Notes under the pieces: generated by a model | Seen by the model: only the letters and a program-made list of their open reading frames with translations | What the model was told of the DNA's origin: nothing | Databases searched by the model: none | Source: Vicugna vicugna | Taxonomy: Eukaryota | Length of the DNA stretch: 64,000 nt | Reading direction: 5' to 3' | Assembly (NCBI GenBank): GCA_013265495.1 | Contig: MU058444.1 | Span: 1,054,001-1,118,000, forward strand | Position numbers and translations under genes: made by a program | Shown: piece by piece, positions 13,956 to 27,884 of the stretch | Layout of the letters: each line of letters opens with the position of its first letter | Numbering within the stretch: position 1 is the stretch's first letter

Positions 13956-16424
13956 TATAACATCTATATCTTTTTTAATATTAAAAAATCTGAAAATGTT
14001 TAAAATAATTTGATATATTTAATACAGATTTTTTGAAGATGCTTAGTAACATACTCATTATATACCATGCAGTCCCCTCTTGACATCATGATATCAATCT
14101 TTAGTTGACAGTTCAAGACCTAAGTGTGTGTTTAATGAAAGTTGCAATGTCACCAACAGATTAATAGTATATCACCATAGTTTAAATTATTCCAAGTGCA
14201 AGGACTGATTGGAGAGGGAAATTAGCTTTGTCCATATGTAGCCAGATAGATATTGAAACAAAAGCCAGTTTATCGTAAGTGCAAATTAAAATTTCAAAGA
14301 CCTTTTTCATACTAATAGTTTCTTTTTTCCCATTTGAAAGTCACTTTTATGTCTGGATCATAGAGTAACAGGCACATGGCTAAGGTTTTTTTTTTTAAAG
14401 ACCACATCCTTATATTATTTTTTAAATCCCTCTCTGCACCACCAGCTGTAGATGGTCTCACACAGCTGCAGTCAGATTCCATCTGTCGGTCCTGCAGAAC
14501 AAAGACAGGGGATGTATGTCATCAGAATCTTCCAGAAGAAGAGAGGTCAGATCCAATGAGAGGTGGAAGAGAAGGGAATAAGTGGACTTTTATCTTCTTG
14601 GCACCTCTGCATCTCAAAAAGCTCTGTTTCAATAAAGTCCGTGTTAGGGGTGAAATTTCATTCAATCTGCATTCCTGCCTCCTGTTACCTCCTTTCACCA
14701 CCACGAGCTCACCCATCCCTCACATCTTCCTGGTTCACGCAGGCAGAATTCTCAGTGCAGACTAACCCCAAACTGACGGTAACGTTGATGTCTCATGATC
14801 ATTCAGAGAACTGATTTCAAAAATAGCACCAAGTTCGTGCTCCACGACCTACTAAGGCTCATCAGAAAGCAGTTCGTGGATAATTGAGAGCCAAGAAAGT
14901 AACAGACAGGCAGCTATGTTCTCTGTTAGCTCTCAGACTTTGCTCAAAAGGAAGAAAATAAATGCTCCATTCAGCCACTGGGGTTTTTCCTCTTCTTTTA
15001 AAGAACCTCATGGGTAAATGTACAGTACCAGGGGCAGCAGCACACTGTAAGCTGATGAGCAAATTAATTTTATGAATATTTGTTTATTGCAAAGTAAGTT
15101 CTAGATTGTGTTTGTATTGGGAGAAAAGCTATAGAAACCAAGAAGAGTATGAGGAAGAAAAAGACCAGCTCAAAATGAAAAAAGAGCTTTTGTACAAGTA
15201 GAGAAATAAGAGAAAAAATACAAGTACTCATAATAATCCATAAATACTTTTAGAATGTGATTTATGACCAGGAAAGATGCAACATGTAACAGGGTTTTAA
15301 AAAAAAAGAGAGAGAAGTCATGTTGAGTTAGACTAATTGGGAGATTCCATGAAACAAACTTTTTTGTTTGATCGGTTTGGGATTTGGGGACGGGGGCGGG
15401 TAGGATTTAATTGGTTGAAGGAGAGTTGAAATTTCCAGACAGACGGGTGGCATTAGTCACAGCCTGGACAGAGACTATGTTTGATGTGAAGTGAGACGTC
15501 AAACTTGTCCCACAGCTCTGAGTATTTTACAGGCAGCGTTGCAACATACAGAGGGGGTATTCAATGGGGACTAAATGGCAGAATGGATTTTGTACTTAAT
15601 CCAGAAGAAAAGGAGCGACTCCTGTTGAAATGAAAGAGTTGATATAATTGGAGTGACTGGGATAAATGGATGAAACAGACTGGAGTGAAAATGTGTGGGG
15701 TGTGGAGCCAACTACACGAGGTCGTTGCAATAGTCTGGCTAATGGGCACCACAATCCGGCCACGTATTTGCAGCAGAAAGAGAAAGAAAATTACCCAGGT
15801 GGGTGATACCTGGGGGATTTTAACAGGTTCCAGGGGAGAAAAAGGAAGAATGTTATCCTTCAGAAAAATGTCAAGTCCAGGAAGAGAATACAGGAAAAGA
15901 TGGAAAATTTGATATGCTCTCAGGAGAAGGAGGTGTTCACCTTGCACCTTTAATATTTTGAATGGGTGAATGAAAAATCAAGAGGGTATTTTTTTTTTCA
16001 AGCCAGATTTAGGAGATGGGCACCAATGACATGCGTGCAGTTCTGGAATGCTAACTCAGTTAGAGATACCTGCTGGTAACCTGCAGCATTTTCATGACAA
16101 ACAGACCAGAGTCGTGAGAGGGAAACTCCTGCTACTGTGTGTAAAGGATCTGGTGATGTTTGACCCAAAGAAACAAAGTCTTGGGAAACAGGCTTGTCAT
16201 AATCTTTAGAACTTTGAATGCACATAATGTGAACACAAGACTTAAGATGCTTTAAAATAACACAGGAATATCATTTAACATAGAGTCCAAATTCAGATTT
16301 CTCCAATTGTCCTCATAGTATTCTTTCTAGATTATTTTTCTTTTTTTTCTCCTAAAGATTCAGTGGCAAAGAAATGTCTACCCAGGGAAACCAGTTTCTA
16401 GTTAAGTGTACATATATATGATTC

Positions 16425-16746
16425 AAAAACTGTGACTTGGCAGTTAGGAAAGCTAACGAGATCTCAGGCTATGTTAATGGAGACAGATTGATGAAAATGA
16501 TCGTCCTGTTCTTTGCTGTCCCGGCTAGACCACAGCTGGAAGCGTGTGTGCGGTTGCAGATGGCTCATTTAGAGCTGTCACTGGTAATCCGGAGTGTGCT
16601 CAGAATAAGAGAATCGGGGTGATGTGGGATGCAAAACCCTGCAGTTATACACATGAGGGTTCTGGAGATATGTAGATACGTAGCCTGAGTAAGACAAGCC
16701 TTGGGGAACAGTCACAGCCGTGGGCTCTGAATATCGGACTGGCCAC
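16425..16746 (+). mobile_element. CR1/L3 LINE fragment (continues about 17974-18080 after the MaLR insertion)
   Basis: aaagctaacgagatctcaggctatgttaat...gctagaccacagctggaagcgtgtgtgcggtt resembles the CR1 ORF2 3' region. Confidence 0.65.
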
Positions 16747-17973
16747 TGTTAGGGGTGGAGTCGTGTCTCCACGAAAAAATATGATGAAGTCCTGACCTCC
16801 GGTAGCTCAGCATATGACCTTCTTTGGAAATGGGGGTCATTGCAGATGTCATTAGTTAAAAATGAAATCATACTGGAGTAGGGTGGGTCTCTAATTCAAT
16901 ACGGCTGGTGTCCTTATAAGAAGAGGCCAAGTGCAAGCAGAGACAACGGGGGAAGCCGGGGGATTAAGGGGGCTGGCGTTGGTGTTAGGCAGCTGCCAGC
17001 CAAGGAACACCAGAGATTGCTGGCAAGCCACCGGAAGCTAGGAAGAAGCAAGGAAGGATTTCCCTAGAGGCTTCAGAGGGCGCCCCCTCCCCTATCCCAG
17101 GGCTGAGCGGTGGTGGCCATCACCCTGTTGATCTAGGAGAACACAGCGTCAAGCCACAAAGAATTATCCTTAAGCCTTAAAATTTAATGACATTTTCCCT
17201 GCTGAGTTGGAAAAAAAACTTGCTTTAGACCAGTGACCCCCTTTTTCCCTCAATGTCTCCCTTTCAGAATGGGAGCGTCTATCCTGTGCCTGTCCCATCA
17301 CCGCAGTTTTGGAAGGAGATCACTGGGTCACAGACGGAGAGAAAGTTTGCTGTGGGAAGCAAATACCCCAGGTCCTACCCCTTCTTGACTTGGATGAGAT
17401 TTAGGGTTTAGAGTTGATGCTGAAATGGGTTAAGGATTTGGGGACCATTGAGATGGACTGAACTGTATTTTGCACAAGGGAAGAATGTGAATTTTTAGGG
17501 GACAAAGATCAGACTGTTACAGATTGAATTGTGTCCACCCCTCAAAAAAATGTTAAAGCGCTAATCCCCCTGTGCATCCGAATGTGACCTTATTTGGAAA
17601 TGAAGTCACTGCAGACAGGATTAGTTAAGATGACTCATACAGGGGTAGAATGGACCCGTAATCTGATATGACTCTTGTCCTTGTGAGAAGATGGTCATGT
17701 GAAGACAGATTCTCAGGAGAGTGCCCTGTGATGATGCAGGCAGAGGTGGCAGTTACACAGCTTCACCCCAGGGATGGCAAGGCTGCCAGCAAACTTCCAG
17801 AAACCACGAGAGAGGCAAGGAAGGGTTTCTCTGCAGGTTTCAGAGGGAGCTCAGCCCTGCTGTCACCTTGACTTTGGACCTCTAGCCTCCAGAACTGGGG
17901 GACAATAAGTTGATGCTGATTTAAAACATCCAGTGTCTAATACGCTGTTGAAGCAGCGCTGGGAACTAAGACA
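16747..17973 (+). mobile_element. Internally deleted MaLR (MLT1B/C-like) provirus: partial 5' LTR, internal 3' remnant, full 3' LTR (17515-17973)
   Basis: Two similar LTRs (tgtt...gaccttmtttggaaatg...attagttaa...aaggaagg...ttcagaggg), TG...CA ends, MLT-int-like sequence between; possible degenerate TSD gccac/ggtac. Confidence 0.85.
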
Positions 17974-18349
17974 GGTACGATGTAGGGGAGAAAAATAGAT
18001 AAGGTTTATTTCCTGGATTCCAGGAAAGAATAAAGAACCCGCAGATGGCACTGAAAGGGAAACAATTCCAGCTCAACATGAACGAGAACGTGCTAGTAGT
18101 CAAAGTCACCGCAAAATGAAATCAAGGGCTTAAGCAAGTCGTGAATTCCCTACTAGTAAAAATGTTCAACTGAAAGGAATCAGGAATGTTGCAGAGGCGA
18201 CTCGCGCTTCAGACAACAGGTTAGACTGAACGATCTCCGACTCCAGGAGTCCGTGAGCCACGTTCACTTCCCGCCAGAGAGGTGCCGGCAGGTGCCTTTC
18301 ACCGTCTGCTTCAACAGCAGATGACAGGTGCCACAGGACCACGTGCATG

Positions 18350-18555
18350 GTGGGCGAGACTAAATCTAAACTCTGCTCCTCCTAGCCTTGTGCCCTTAGC
18401 TAGGTTCCACAGCCTCCCTGGCCTAGTTTCCCACGTGTTAAACAGGGATGTTAATAGTAATCACTTTAGAATGTTATGATGAGGATTAAACTAGTTACTA
18501 ATTTATATTGTTTAGAAAAGGACGAGGCACGTGGGAGATGCTGTAGAACTGTTGG
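18350..18555 (+). mobile_element. MIR SINE
   Basis: ctctgctcctcctagccttgtgcccttagc...gcctagtttcccacgtgttaaacagggatg...gaggattaaa. Confidence 0.65.
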
Positions 18556-20090
18556 TTGAAGATCTGCTTGCTTTGCTATTGGTTAGACATTCTTGCCATC
18601 CCGCACCTCCAAAATATGGACAACTGGGAGTCACACCAGAGCTGCCACTGTATTTTTCAAGTCTCCTTTTCTAGTTCCAAGATTGCACCATTTGGACCAC
18701 TAATTGGCCAAGTATCAGAAGTGTACTTTTGTCAATTTCCTATAACAAGTCAACCGCTAAGATGGGTTTGTGAGAGTGTATGTGTGTGTGTGTGTGTTCC
18801 AGTTATTTCTGAAAAATAAATGATTTGGCAGCAGCATTTCCCATCCATAAAGACTGTCATTTACGCTAATAAAAACTCCCGTGAGTTTTTGATGCCTGTG
18901 TGCTGGAGTCAAGGAAGATGAGACGTTTTCAAAATTAAATCCTCAGAATTTCAGGTACTTCATTAAGTTCGTGTCTGCTGGGTAATTTCAGCTTCAGGAG
19001 CTAGTGACAGCATTTATTCAACATGAGAAATTCATAATACCTGGTACACAACTGTCAAAAAGAAACCCTCATTCGGTGACTGCAATGTAACTAAACGTGC
19101 TTTTATTTCTTTGCTATATAAGGTTACTAATTACAGCATCCTTTGGGTGCACAGGGGACAGCAGTGACAGGATAATGAAGTCCCAAGTAAATCCACGTTA
19201 CTTTCAATGAAGCAAACCCATCAATAGATGTAAGCAGCAGTGTTTACACCTGTATAATTCTGGAACCAGGGACCGTGTAACCTTTGGGTACATCAGACAG
19301 AGGGGAGATGGAGAATCAGGGAACTAGACGTTCTTTCTGCAAAAACCCAGGTAAGCGAGGGGGCAGCTGAGTGGGGATATACTGAGAGACGTCGAGGAAG
19401 GCTTGGCTGTGGAAGTGTTGCAAAATATATTTGATCTCAGGTGACTTTCAGAGACGTTGAGTAATAGAACGGAGAGGGGACTGAGTTTCTAGAATTTGCA
19501 TGTGCTTTCTTTATAAGTAGTCCATTTTCACAAAAGAAGGCGATCGCTACGGCGGGAAGACCAGCTCTTCCCTTGGCGTGTAAGCCCAGCTGTGAGGATG
19601 CTTCTGTGCGTTATGAGCCATCTGTCCTTAGACGAGTTCCATAAATTGCCTGTGCCTTAATGACCTCATACATAAAACACCGGTAATGATGTCTCCCCTT
19701 CGGATCGGCATCGAGATGAAATGACCTAAGGATACAAACCATGCACCTACCATGGCAATAATAGGGACTAAATAATTGTCAACTGTTGTCTTTAAGCCTC
19801 TTCATCCTTGAAAAGTCCCCAAAGGCAGAATTTGGGAGCAGATGTGGGTCAATGTCATGGGTAAGTCCAATGTTGCAGCTCATTGAAAGATAGTGAGCCC
19901 CTAATTCTTCTCAATTCCGTAACTATTTCTTGAGTATCTGTTACATGCTGACCACTGAGGGAGTAGAAAGATAAATCAAAGAATGCTCTCTAACTTCTGG
20001 AAAACAAAATTCAAAATTAAGTAAAAATACATACAGCCTTATGATCCACTGAGAAACGCCTTTGCAAGGTAAATAAATTGATTTTTTTTT

Positions 20091-20281
20091 GCAGGTACTA
20101 ACTACTATATATAAAACAGATAAACAACAAGTTTCTACTGTACAGCACAGGGAACTATATTCAATATCTTGTAGTAACGTATAATGAAAAAGAATATGAA
20201 AAGGAATCTCTGAAACATGATGCTGTGCACCAGAAATTGACACAACATTGCAAACTGACTCTACTTCAATTAAAAAAAAAA
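20091..20281 (+). mobile_element. Lineage-specific L1 3'-end fragment
   Basis: ctactatatataaaacagataaacaacaag...agcacagggaactatattcaatatcttg...ttgacacaacattgcaaactgactctacttcaattaaaaaaaaa. Confidence 0.85.
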
Positions 20282-20451
20282 CTGAATGAATGGATTATAT
20301 ATTCAGCATTAACCCAGATCGACCAATTCAGTGAAAACACAGCACAGCCTTAAATTACCTCCCCTTTGCAATATTTATTTGTGGACTTGTGGGGCTGCTA
20401 ATTAGCTTGACAGTGTTTCCTCACCAGCACGTATTCTCTTGGTTTAGTTGC

Positions 20452-20818
20452 TGTCTTAGCCTGCCCAGCCCGCTGTAACGGAACAGTGTAAACTGGGGGG
20501 CTTATAAACAAGAGACGTTTGTTTCTCACAGTTCTGGAGGCTGAGAAGCCCAAAATCAAGGCTCAGGCAGATTCAGCGTCTGGTGAGAGCCACTTCCTGG
20601 TTCACAATGGCAGCTTTTTCTTCGCTGTACCCTCCCAGTGTGGAAGAGGCAAAAGATCTCTCCAGAGTTCCTTTTGCAAGAACATAATGCCACTCACGAG
20701 GGCTCCACCCTCACGACCAAATCATCTCCTAGAGACCCACCTCTTTATACCATCACCCTGAGGGGTCAGGATTTTAACACATGAATTTCCGGGGCACACA
20801 AGCGTTCCGTACATGACA
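20452..20818 (-). mobile_element. MLT1A-like solo MaLR LTR ending 30 nt upstream of exon 2
   Basis: tgtcttag...ctcacagttctggaggctgagaag...aacacatgaattt...catgaca; TG/CA ends; TSD gttgc (20447-51) / gctgc (20819-23). Confidence 0.88.
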
Positions 20819-20848
20819 GCTGCCCTTCCTTTCTCCTTTCCTGATCAG

Positions 20849-21027
20849 TCTGTGTGGCCGTGTGGAAGAACCACCACATGAGGACGGTGACCAACTACTT
20901 CATTGTCAACCTTTCCCTGGCGGACGTGCTCGTGACCATCACCTGCCTTCCAGCCACGCTGGTTGTGGACATCACTGAGACCTGGTTCTTCGGACAGTCC
21001 CTCTGTAAGGTGATTCCTTACTTACAG
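20849..21027 (+). CDS. HCRTR2: Orexin receptor 2, coding exon 2 (ICL1-TM2-ECL1-TM3 start)
   Basis: Pyrimidine tract + cag acceptor (20846-48), donor gtaatt at 21028; 179 nt; translates (V)CVAVWKNHHMRTVTNYFIVNLSLADVLVTITCLPATLVVDITETWFFGQSLCKVIPYLQ, the OX2R sequence. Confidence 0.98.
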
Positions 21028-21409
21028 GTAATTAATTGCCTTTTACCCTTTTTCGTTGAAACCCCCCACAAAGTCTAGCCATGTTCAATTACAGTCATGG
21101 CCCATTGGTAAATTACCTCGTGAACTAAGAGAGAAATATACTTGCCCAAGGAATTGGCAAACCTAAGGAAAGTAATACTAGAGACTTTCTGGGTGAACCA
21201 GTTACGTTCCGTGTTAAAAAAAAAAAAAGCATCAGAATTCGCAAGTCATCAACAGAGGCTACACAAACCTTTTACTTCCTTGATTATGAGATTTTCTGAT
21301 TACAAAATAAGGAACTTGAACAAATTAATGATCAAGCCTTTCCCAGTTCAAATAATTGAGGACTGTCTGTTTTTATAATGGGTCTGATTAAATACTGAGA
21401 AATCAAGAG

Positions 21410-21700
21410 CTGTGTGGTCAAAGCGGTACAGTGAACAGGTGGGAGTCTAGGTTCTGAATCAAACTACCAAGTCTGGCATCTCTGTCCTGCTGTTCGATTG
21501 TATATGCTTGAGCCAAATACATAAGCTCTTTGCGATTCGCTTATTTTAAAAGATCAATCGTTTTAACTGTAGCTGTCTCCTGTGGTGGTTGTGCTAGTCT
21601 ATGCAGATAAGTTTTATAAGCCATTTGGCATAGGGATTACTCTCTGGAGACTGTGACCTTATCAAAACATAGTACGTCCTCAATAAACATCAGCCATCAT
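21410..21700 (+). mobile_element. MIR SINE (degenerate)
   Basis: ttgagccaaatacataagctctttg...acatagtacgtcctcaataaacatcagc. Confidence 0.55.
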
Positions 21701-22044
21701 CACATCATTATGTTTCATTATTCAGTTCTCAAAGCCATTTTTTGATAACTAGTTACCCTACAAGAAATTAAGGACAAATCCTTTCAGAGAGTAATGTTCT
21801 GACTGGTATTCTGATAGCTCTGAAATCTTTGGGAAAAAAATTCCCAGGCTAGCATCCATAGCCACAGTACTAAAAGACAAGAATTTCCTTCAGTGACTGG
21901 ACAGTGAGTGAAATGGTGGCCACTCTGTACTGGTGTCCCCATAACCATCCTCCACCCATCAAGTTCTTATTCCATACAGTCTCCCAGATGGTATCATAAT
22001 ATTTGGAGGAAATGAAAATATGCTCCCAATTACTGGGGTAGGTG

Positions 22045-23365
22045 AAATGTGGGATCTAGACACAGACCTTACACGTTTCAGAAAAACTGACTCAAAATGG
22101 ATCACAGACCCAAATATGAAATGCAAAACTATTAAACTCCTAAAGCATAACATAGGCGAAAACCTGGATGACCTCGGGTATTTTGATGACTTTTTAGATG
22201 TGACATCGAAGGTATGATGCTTGAAATAAATCAGTGACAAGCTGACTTTATTACAGTCAAATACTCTGCAGTTAAATTCTCTGCAAAAGTCAGTGTAAAG
22301 AGAATGAGAAGACAAGGCACAGGCTGGGAGAAAATATTTGCAAAAGACACATCTGATAAAGGACTTAACTAAAATATACAAAGAGCTGTTAAAGTTAACC
22401 AATATGTTAACAACTGAGTTACAACATGGGCTGAAGACTTTGACAGACACCTCACCAAAGAAGATATACAGATGGCAGAGAAGCATATGAAAGACTTTCC
22501 TCATCATATGTCACCAGCAAAATGCAAATGAAAACCATGAGATAGCACTACACACCTATTAGAATGGCCCAATTCCAGAACACTGGCAACACCAAAATTT
22601 GGCTGAGATGTGGAGCAACAGGAACTCTCATTCATTGCTGGTGGGAGTGCAAAATGATACAGCCACTTTGAAAGACATTTTTTTTAATTAACAAAATGAA
22701 ACATGGTCCCACCATATGAGCCAGCAGTTGCACTGCTTGATATTTATCCCCAAAATTTCAAAATTTATGTCCACAAAAAACTTGCATGCAAATGTTTATA
22801 GCAGCTTTATTCATAATTACCAAAACTAGGAAGGTACCAAGATGTCCTTCAGCAGATGAATGGATAAACTGGGATAAAACCAGACAATACAAAGAAATGA
22901 GCTATCAACCCATGAAAAGACATGGAGGAACATAAAACTTATTACTAAGTGAAGGAAGCCAATCTGAGAGGGCTACATACTACCTAATTTCAATAATATG
23001 ACATTCTGAAAAGAGACAAAGCTATGAAATTGTAAAGATGTGAGTGATTGCCAGGGGTTGGAAGGAATGAACAGGCAGAGCAGGGAGGGTTTTTAAGGCA
23101 GTATAATGTCTGACAGTATAATGCTGGATACATGTCCAAACTCAGAATGTACAACACCAAGAGTGAACTGTAATATAAACTATGAACTTTGGGTGATTAT
23201 AATGTGTCGATGTAGGTTCTTCAGTTGTAACGAAAGTCCCACTCTGATGGGGCATATTGATCATGGGGGAGGTTATGTGGGAGCAAGGATATTGGCAAAT
23301 CTCTGTACCTTCTCTGCAATTTTGCTGTGATCTTAATACTCCAAAAAAGTAAATTCTTAACCAAA
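22045..23365 (+). mobile_element. L1MC-like 3' portion (ORF2 end + 3' UTR)
   Basis: ORF remnant DLTRFRKTDSKWITDPNMKCKTIKLLKHNIGENLDDLG; 3' UTR gaatgtacaacaccaagagtgaac...aactatgaactttgggtgat. Confidence 0.9.
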
Positions 23366-26309
23366 CAAAAGTCGAGGGACACCACAAATAGCTCATTCCT
23401 AGAAATTCTGTTAGTTAGGCTTTTGAATCTGAAGTGTTACGAAGAGATCTTTAGCTCAATAGTTCTTCAATGATCTATTATAAAGAAAAGTAGTAATTTT
23501 TTAGGTCCGACATCACTGATAGACTAGTAAGTGGAAAATGCCATGGGTGTTGTAAGTTGCATTGTGAGCACTAAGCTTAACTATAAGGTTAGTTTGTGTC
23601 AGTTGGCTGAAAGCCATGAGTAGGTCACAAAAATAAACTATAGCAAAAAATTTTTGGAGAGAAATAGAACCTGAGCAACAAAGAAAAATCAGTAAGCAAT
23701 GGGTCTTATAGTCTTTGCATGGAGACACTGGGTAAATCATACATAGCAGAGAATTCTAATATTTCACCATCTCTGGTGCTTCCAGCAAGCTTTTTTTACT
23801 TCTCTTGGTTTCAGTCACCATCCAGGAGGAAGTCTGGGGGATCCTCTTAAGTTTCAAGATGGCTTAAGTTGCCCCAAATCTTCAGTAGGCTAAGAGAGAA
23901 TATTTCATGTTCTCTCTACAAACCACAAGATTCCCTAATGGGGAGTGGGGTTTGGGGGAAGGGGTGTATCACCTTGCTCTAATGCACAGTGATAGCTTTT
24001 TATAGACCAGGTAGATTCTAGATTCTCCCAGGTATGGTTGAGGACAGATTAAAAGCTGTATGTAACCAGCAAGCAACGTAGGTCATAAATTTTTCTTAAT
24101 GTTCATTGTTGGCAGTATTCGTTTGAGCAGCACAACTTAACAAGTCTTACAGTTGAATGAACAGCTTCAGCTCTTGGTAGATTCCACCTGCTTCTCTATA
24201 AACAGTGTCTAGTCTAGTCAACCTCTCCATGGATTCTCTTCTCCACAGGTCAAGGACAAAATTATTGATAAGTACAGGATCTGACTCAGAGGGAAAAGGC
24301 TAGACCCATTCATGACCTCATTCAACATTACTTCTTGATGGAAAGTTGTAAATGCACAAAAACATTGGTGCGCTGGTAAACTGGTTTCTCCAAGTTCTCT
24401 CGATGTTTATGGTCCATTTTCCATAGAATTTCCCCAAATAGAACAAATTGTGCCAACGTGCAATAAGCCAATCATTTAAATTTGAGTTGTTTTTTCCCTT
24501 CGTTGTGATATTCTGAAACCAGTGGTCCCTGATATGACACTTATGTCCTACTGAGGATTTAAAAACATACTACAGGGTGCCCAGCCGAATTTGTAAGGTT
24601 CTTTGGTTGTGTTTAAGATTCTTTGGGCATTTACTAATTTTCTATTATTTATGTGTTCTTTTTCTTCTACATATAATTCAATACAACCTTTAGATTTATG
24701 AGTGATATACTATAAGCTGTCAGCAAATTCTCACAAAATCCTAAAAATCTCACAAATATAATAAAACTTAGCTGAATAATTTAAATGACCCTCTTATAGC
24801 TTTAATAACTCGATAGGTCCAAAACCACTAACATTGATTGGGCTATTTGCTAAATAATTATCATGAATTTCTGGAAAAAATGCAAAATATTTCACTTTCC
24901 TTCTCACACTTAGAGGAGCAGTTGGCTGCTTTCTCAGAGTGACTTTTTTTGTAACTGCAGAAGAGGCTCTGCACAGGAAATGCCAAGAAAAGAAGCACAA
25001 AAATCAGCTGAGATGTGGGTGGTGGTGTTGGATGGTGGGAAAGCATCCCTCATTCACTTGGTCACCCTTTCCCACCTTTCAGACTATCAGCGCCTGTCAT
25101 CCAGACCTGAGAGTTGGCAAAATTTCCATTTCTTGTGGATCTCTGAGTCCTTTTTTGATATCTGCATGCTAGCATAAAACTAGTTCCTTCTCTACCAAAG
25201 AATGTTTCCAACACGGCCCCGACCACAGGGCATTCGTAGTACCAGTGAAAAATGAAGCACTAACAGCAGAAGAAAATTCACTTCATGTCATTTCACCTCA
25301 CTCACAATGTTCATAATTTGCACCACGTTCATTTCTCAAGTGATCTACCATCAGGTTGATTTGAGCAAATATCAAAATCTGAGAAAGGCACCTGGAAGTG
25401 CACTCCTGGAAGGGGAAAGGGGCAAAAAACCCTCACTTATAATCACTTATGATAACGTGCAGTTTGACATCCCCCTTCAAGAAAATCGTGGAAACTGGGT
25501 GCTAATTGTCCGCTGGAGTATATTATACACTAGCAAATAGAGTAGCAAACAGTGACTCTTAAATCCCTGATTGCCAAGGGTTCATTCAATGGATTCTGCC
25601 GTTAGATTAACCAAACCAGTATACTGTCTCGAGCTGCCCCACAGCAGAGAAGGCACCGCACCTTGGTCACTGTTGGCTCTGGACACTGGATGGCAGTCTT
25701 TCAAGCGCACTGTTCTGAACTGACTATTCGTACCTAACAGTAGAGGGAAATGCTAGAAATGACTTCTGAATTTGAACCACGCTACCTCTATCCCATTCAC
25801 CCACGTTGATTAGAATTCATGACACATAAATCAGGAAGCCTTGAGGAGCAGTTTACATCGCTAATTGCAACAGAGGCTAAATGTAGCTCTGGCCCAGCAG
25901 CTATGAAAGGTCACCTGTGCAGCTCAGGGCCGCCACGCCTCTGTTCCCTGGTTGGCAACAGTACGGAAGGGCCCGGGGTGCTTGACACTTTCTCAGGGAA
26001 GGACTAGGGGTGGGAGGAGAAGGGGGCTGTTGAAGGAGCTGTCAATGTACTCTAAGCCAGCACCAAGGAATTCCCAGCAGCCAGCAACCAATCTAAGCCT
26101 GCTGTGGTAGAGTTCACCCCTTTAAGATAACACAAAAATGAAATTAACCTCCAAGAACTGAGCATAGTTCATAGCTTTACTTGTAATTCCTATGACTGTT
26201 CTTCACGGAAAAGCAGTCTGTTCCAATTAAAAGCTAGAACTCCACGCTCGGGAATGGCAGAGGTAACTAACCATGCAATCACCGTTATCACTGCTGTCAT
26301 CATAATAAG

Positions 26310-26540
26310 TAATAACAAACACTCACACGGCATGCATGGCTCAGCCCTGGGCTAGGCATCTCACATCTCCAGTGACTCTTCCTACCAGTCCACGGTCAGC
26401 TACTGTTACCATGCAATTTTACAGATGAGAAAACCGAGGTGGAGAGACATTTAGCAACTGCCCCAAGACCACACATTTAGCAAGTGACATGGGGTGCATA
26501 CCCAGGAGTCCTGGTAGCAGAGCAGAGCCCAACCACACCC
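26310..26540 (-). mobile_element. MIR SINE
   Basis: attttacagatgagaaaaccgaggtggagagacatttagcaactgccccaagaccacaca. Confidence 0.8.
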
Positions 26541-27884
26541 TGCTGCCTTCCCTGAAAAGAAGCAAAAAAAAAAAAATCAGAGTTGGTGAGAATCCTATCC
26601 TGTGCATTTCACTCATTTAATTCACCCACCATTGTGCACTGAGCTGGTGGGAGAGTGAGGACAGATGGTTCTCCCTGATGCTCAGCCCAAGCCTTTTCTC
26701 CTGTGCTGGACTGGCTTTGATCCTTCTCACTCATCCACACCTACAGTCAATGCCTCAGCAAGGATGGTCCTGATGTAAGAAGCGGAGATACCTGCCCATC
26801 CACATATTATGTGATCAATATAACTAGGACAGAAAAATAGAGAAAGATGACGAGGCCACATCTATTATCTTAGACTGAGGCTTACAACTAATCCTTAATT
26901 CAAAAAAAAATGTTAAGCACATCAAATACTGCATCAGGTACTGGAGATGATTGTGAACAAAACAGTCCCTCTTGTCTTCAATCTTTGTTCCAATCAAGAT
27001 GCTAAACAATAAATAAATTAATTAAACCAAATTAATGGTCCTATGTGATAAGTGTTGAGAAAAAAATAAATAGAAATCTGTATTTTTTAAAAACAGAAAA
27101 GAGAATGAGGGTTCTTTATAAAGAGAGGATTTTGAGAGCGACATTAAAGCCAATGATCCCATCACCCAGTACAGAATATACGCTAAAGTTAACAGTTAAT
27201 TACATAACTGTAATTAACTATCAGTTAGTTACATAAACTGATCATGTGGGAACAGGCATGTCTGATATGTTTCTTTACCATTTTCTTAAAGTACTGTTTT
27301 CGGTGCTGTTAGTTATACAGAAATCTGGATTAGGTAAACATTTGAATTTTAGAGGCCAGTTGGTTTATACCAGCAAGGCAAGCTATGGGAAGGAGAGCCA
27401 CATGGAGAATTATTCGTTGCCATGGCTCGTGTCTTTCTCTGGGGGCAACAGGTTGGAAATGAACTGATGTAAAAATAGCCCTTGTTATTTAAAAACAGGA
27501 AATGAGATACTCATAATTCAAAAATGCTCATGAAATGCAATGGCAGTCAGATTCTTGCATGATCATTTAAAAGAAAGACAAGTTATCATATTATTTTCTT
27601 TAAGGGAGAGAGAATTTTCCAGTTCATACTAAATGTATATATTTTATTTTATTTTTTCATAGACTTCCCCTATCAATGGAAAAAGTTTCAAGACAAAATG
27701 ATGATTGTAATTATTTAAAGAATGCCAAGTTACCAGTTAAAACACTTGGCATAAAAAAAGATTTCAATACTTTTAGAGTACATTTTTATGTTTATTGGGA
27801 AATATATATTCCTTTTCCTAATACATTTCTAATATTTTTGGCAGGGTATTTTTTTAAATAGAAAGAACCTGCAGGAGATATACT

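Noticed and set aside
1..20848. HCRTR2 exon 1 or promoter, or a nested gene
   Set aside because: No N-terminal OX2R coding sequence, CpG island or credible independent ORF seen; consistent with distal intron 1
21959..22507. 182-aa minus-strand ORF
   Set aside because: Antisense frame of an L1 ORF2 relic
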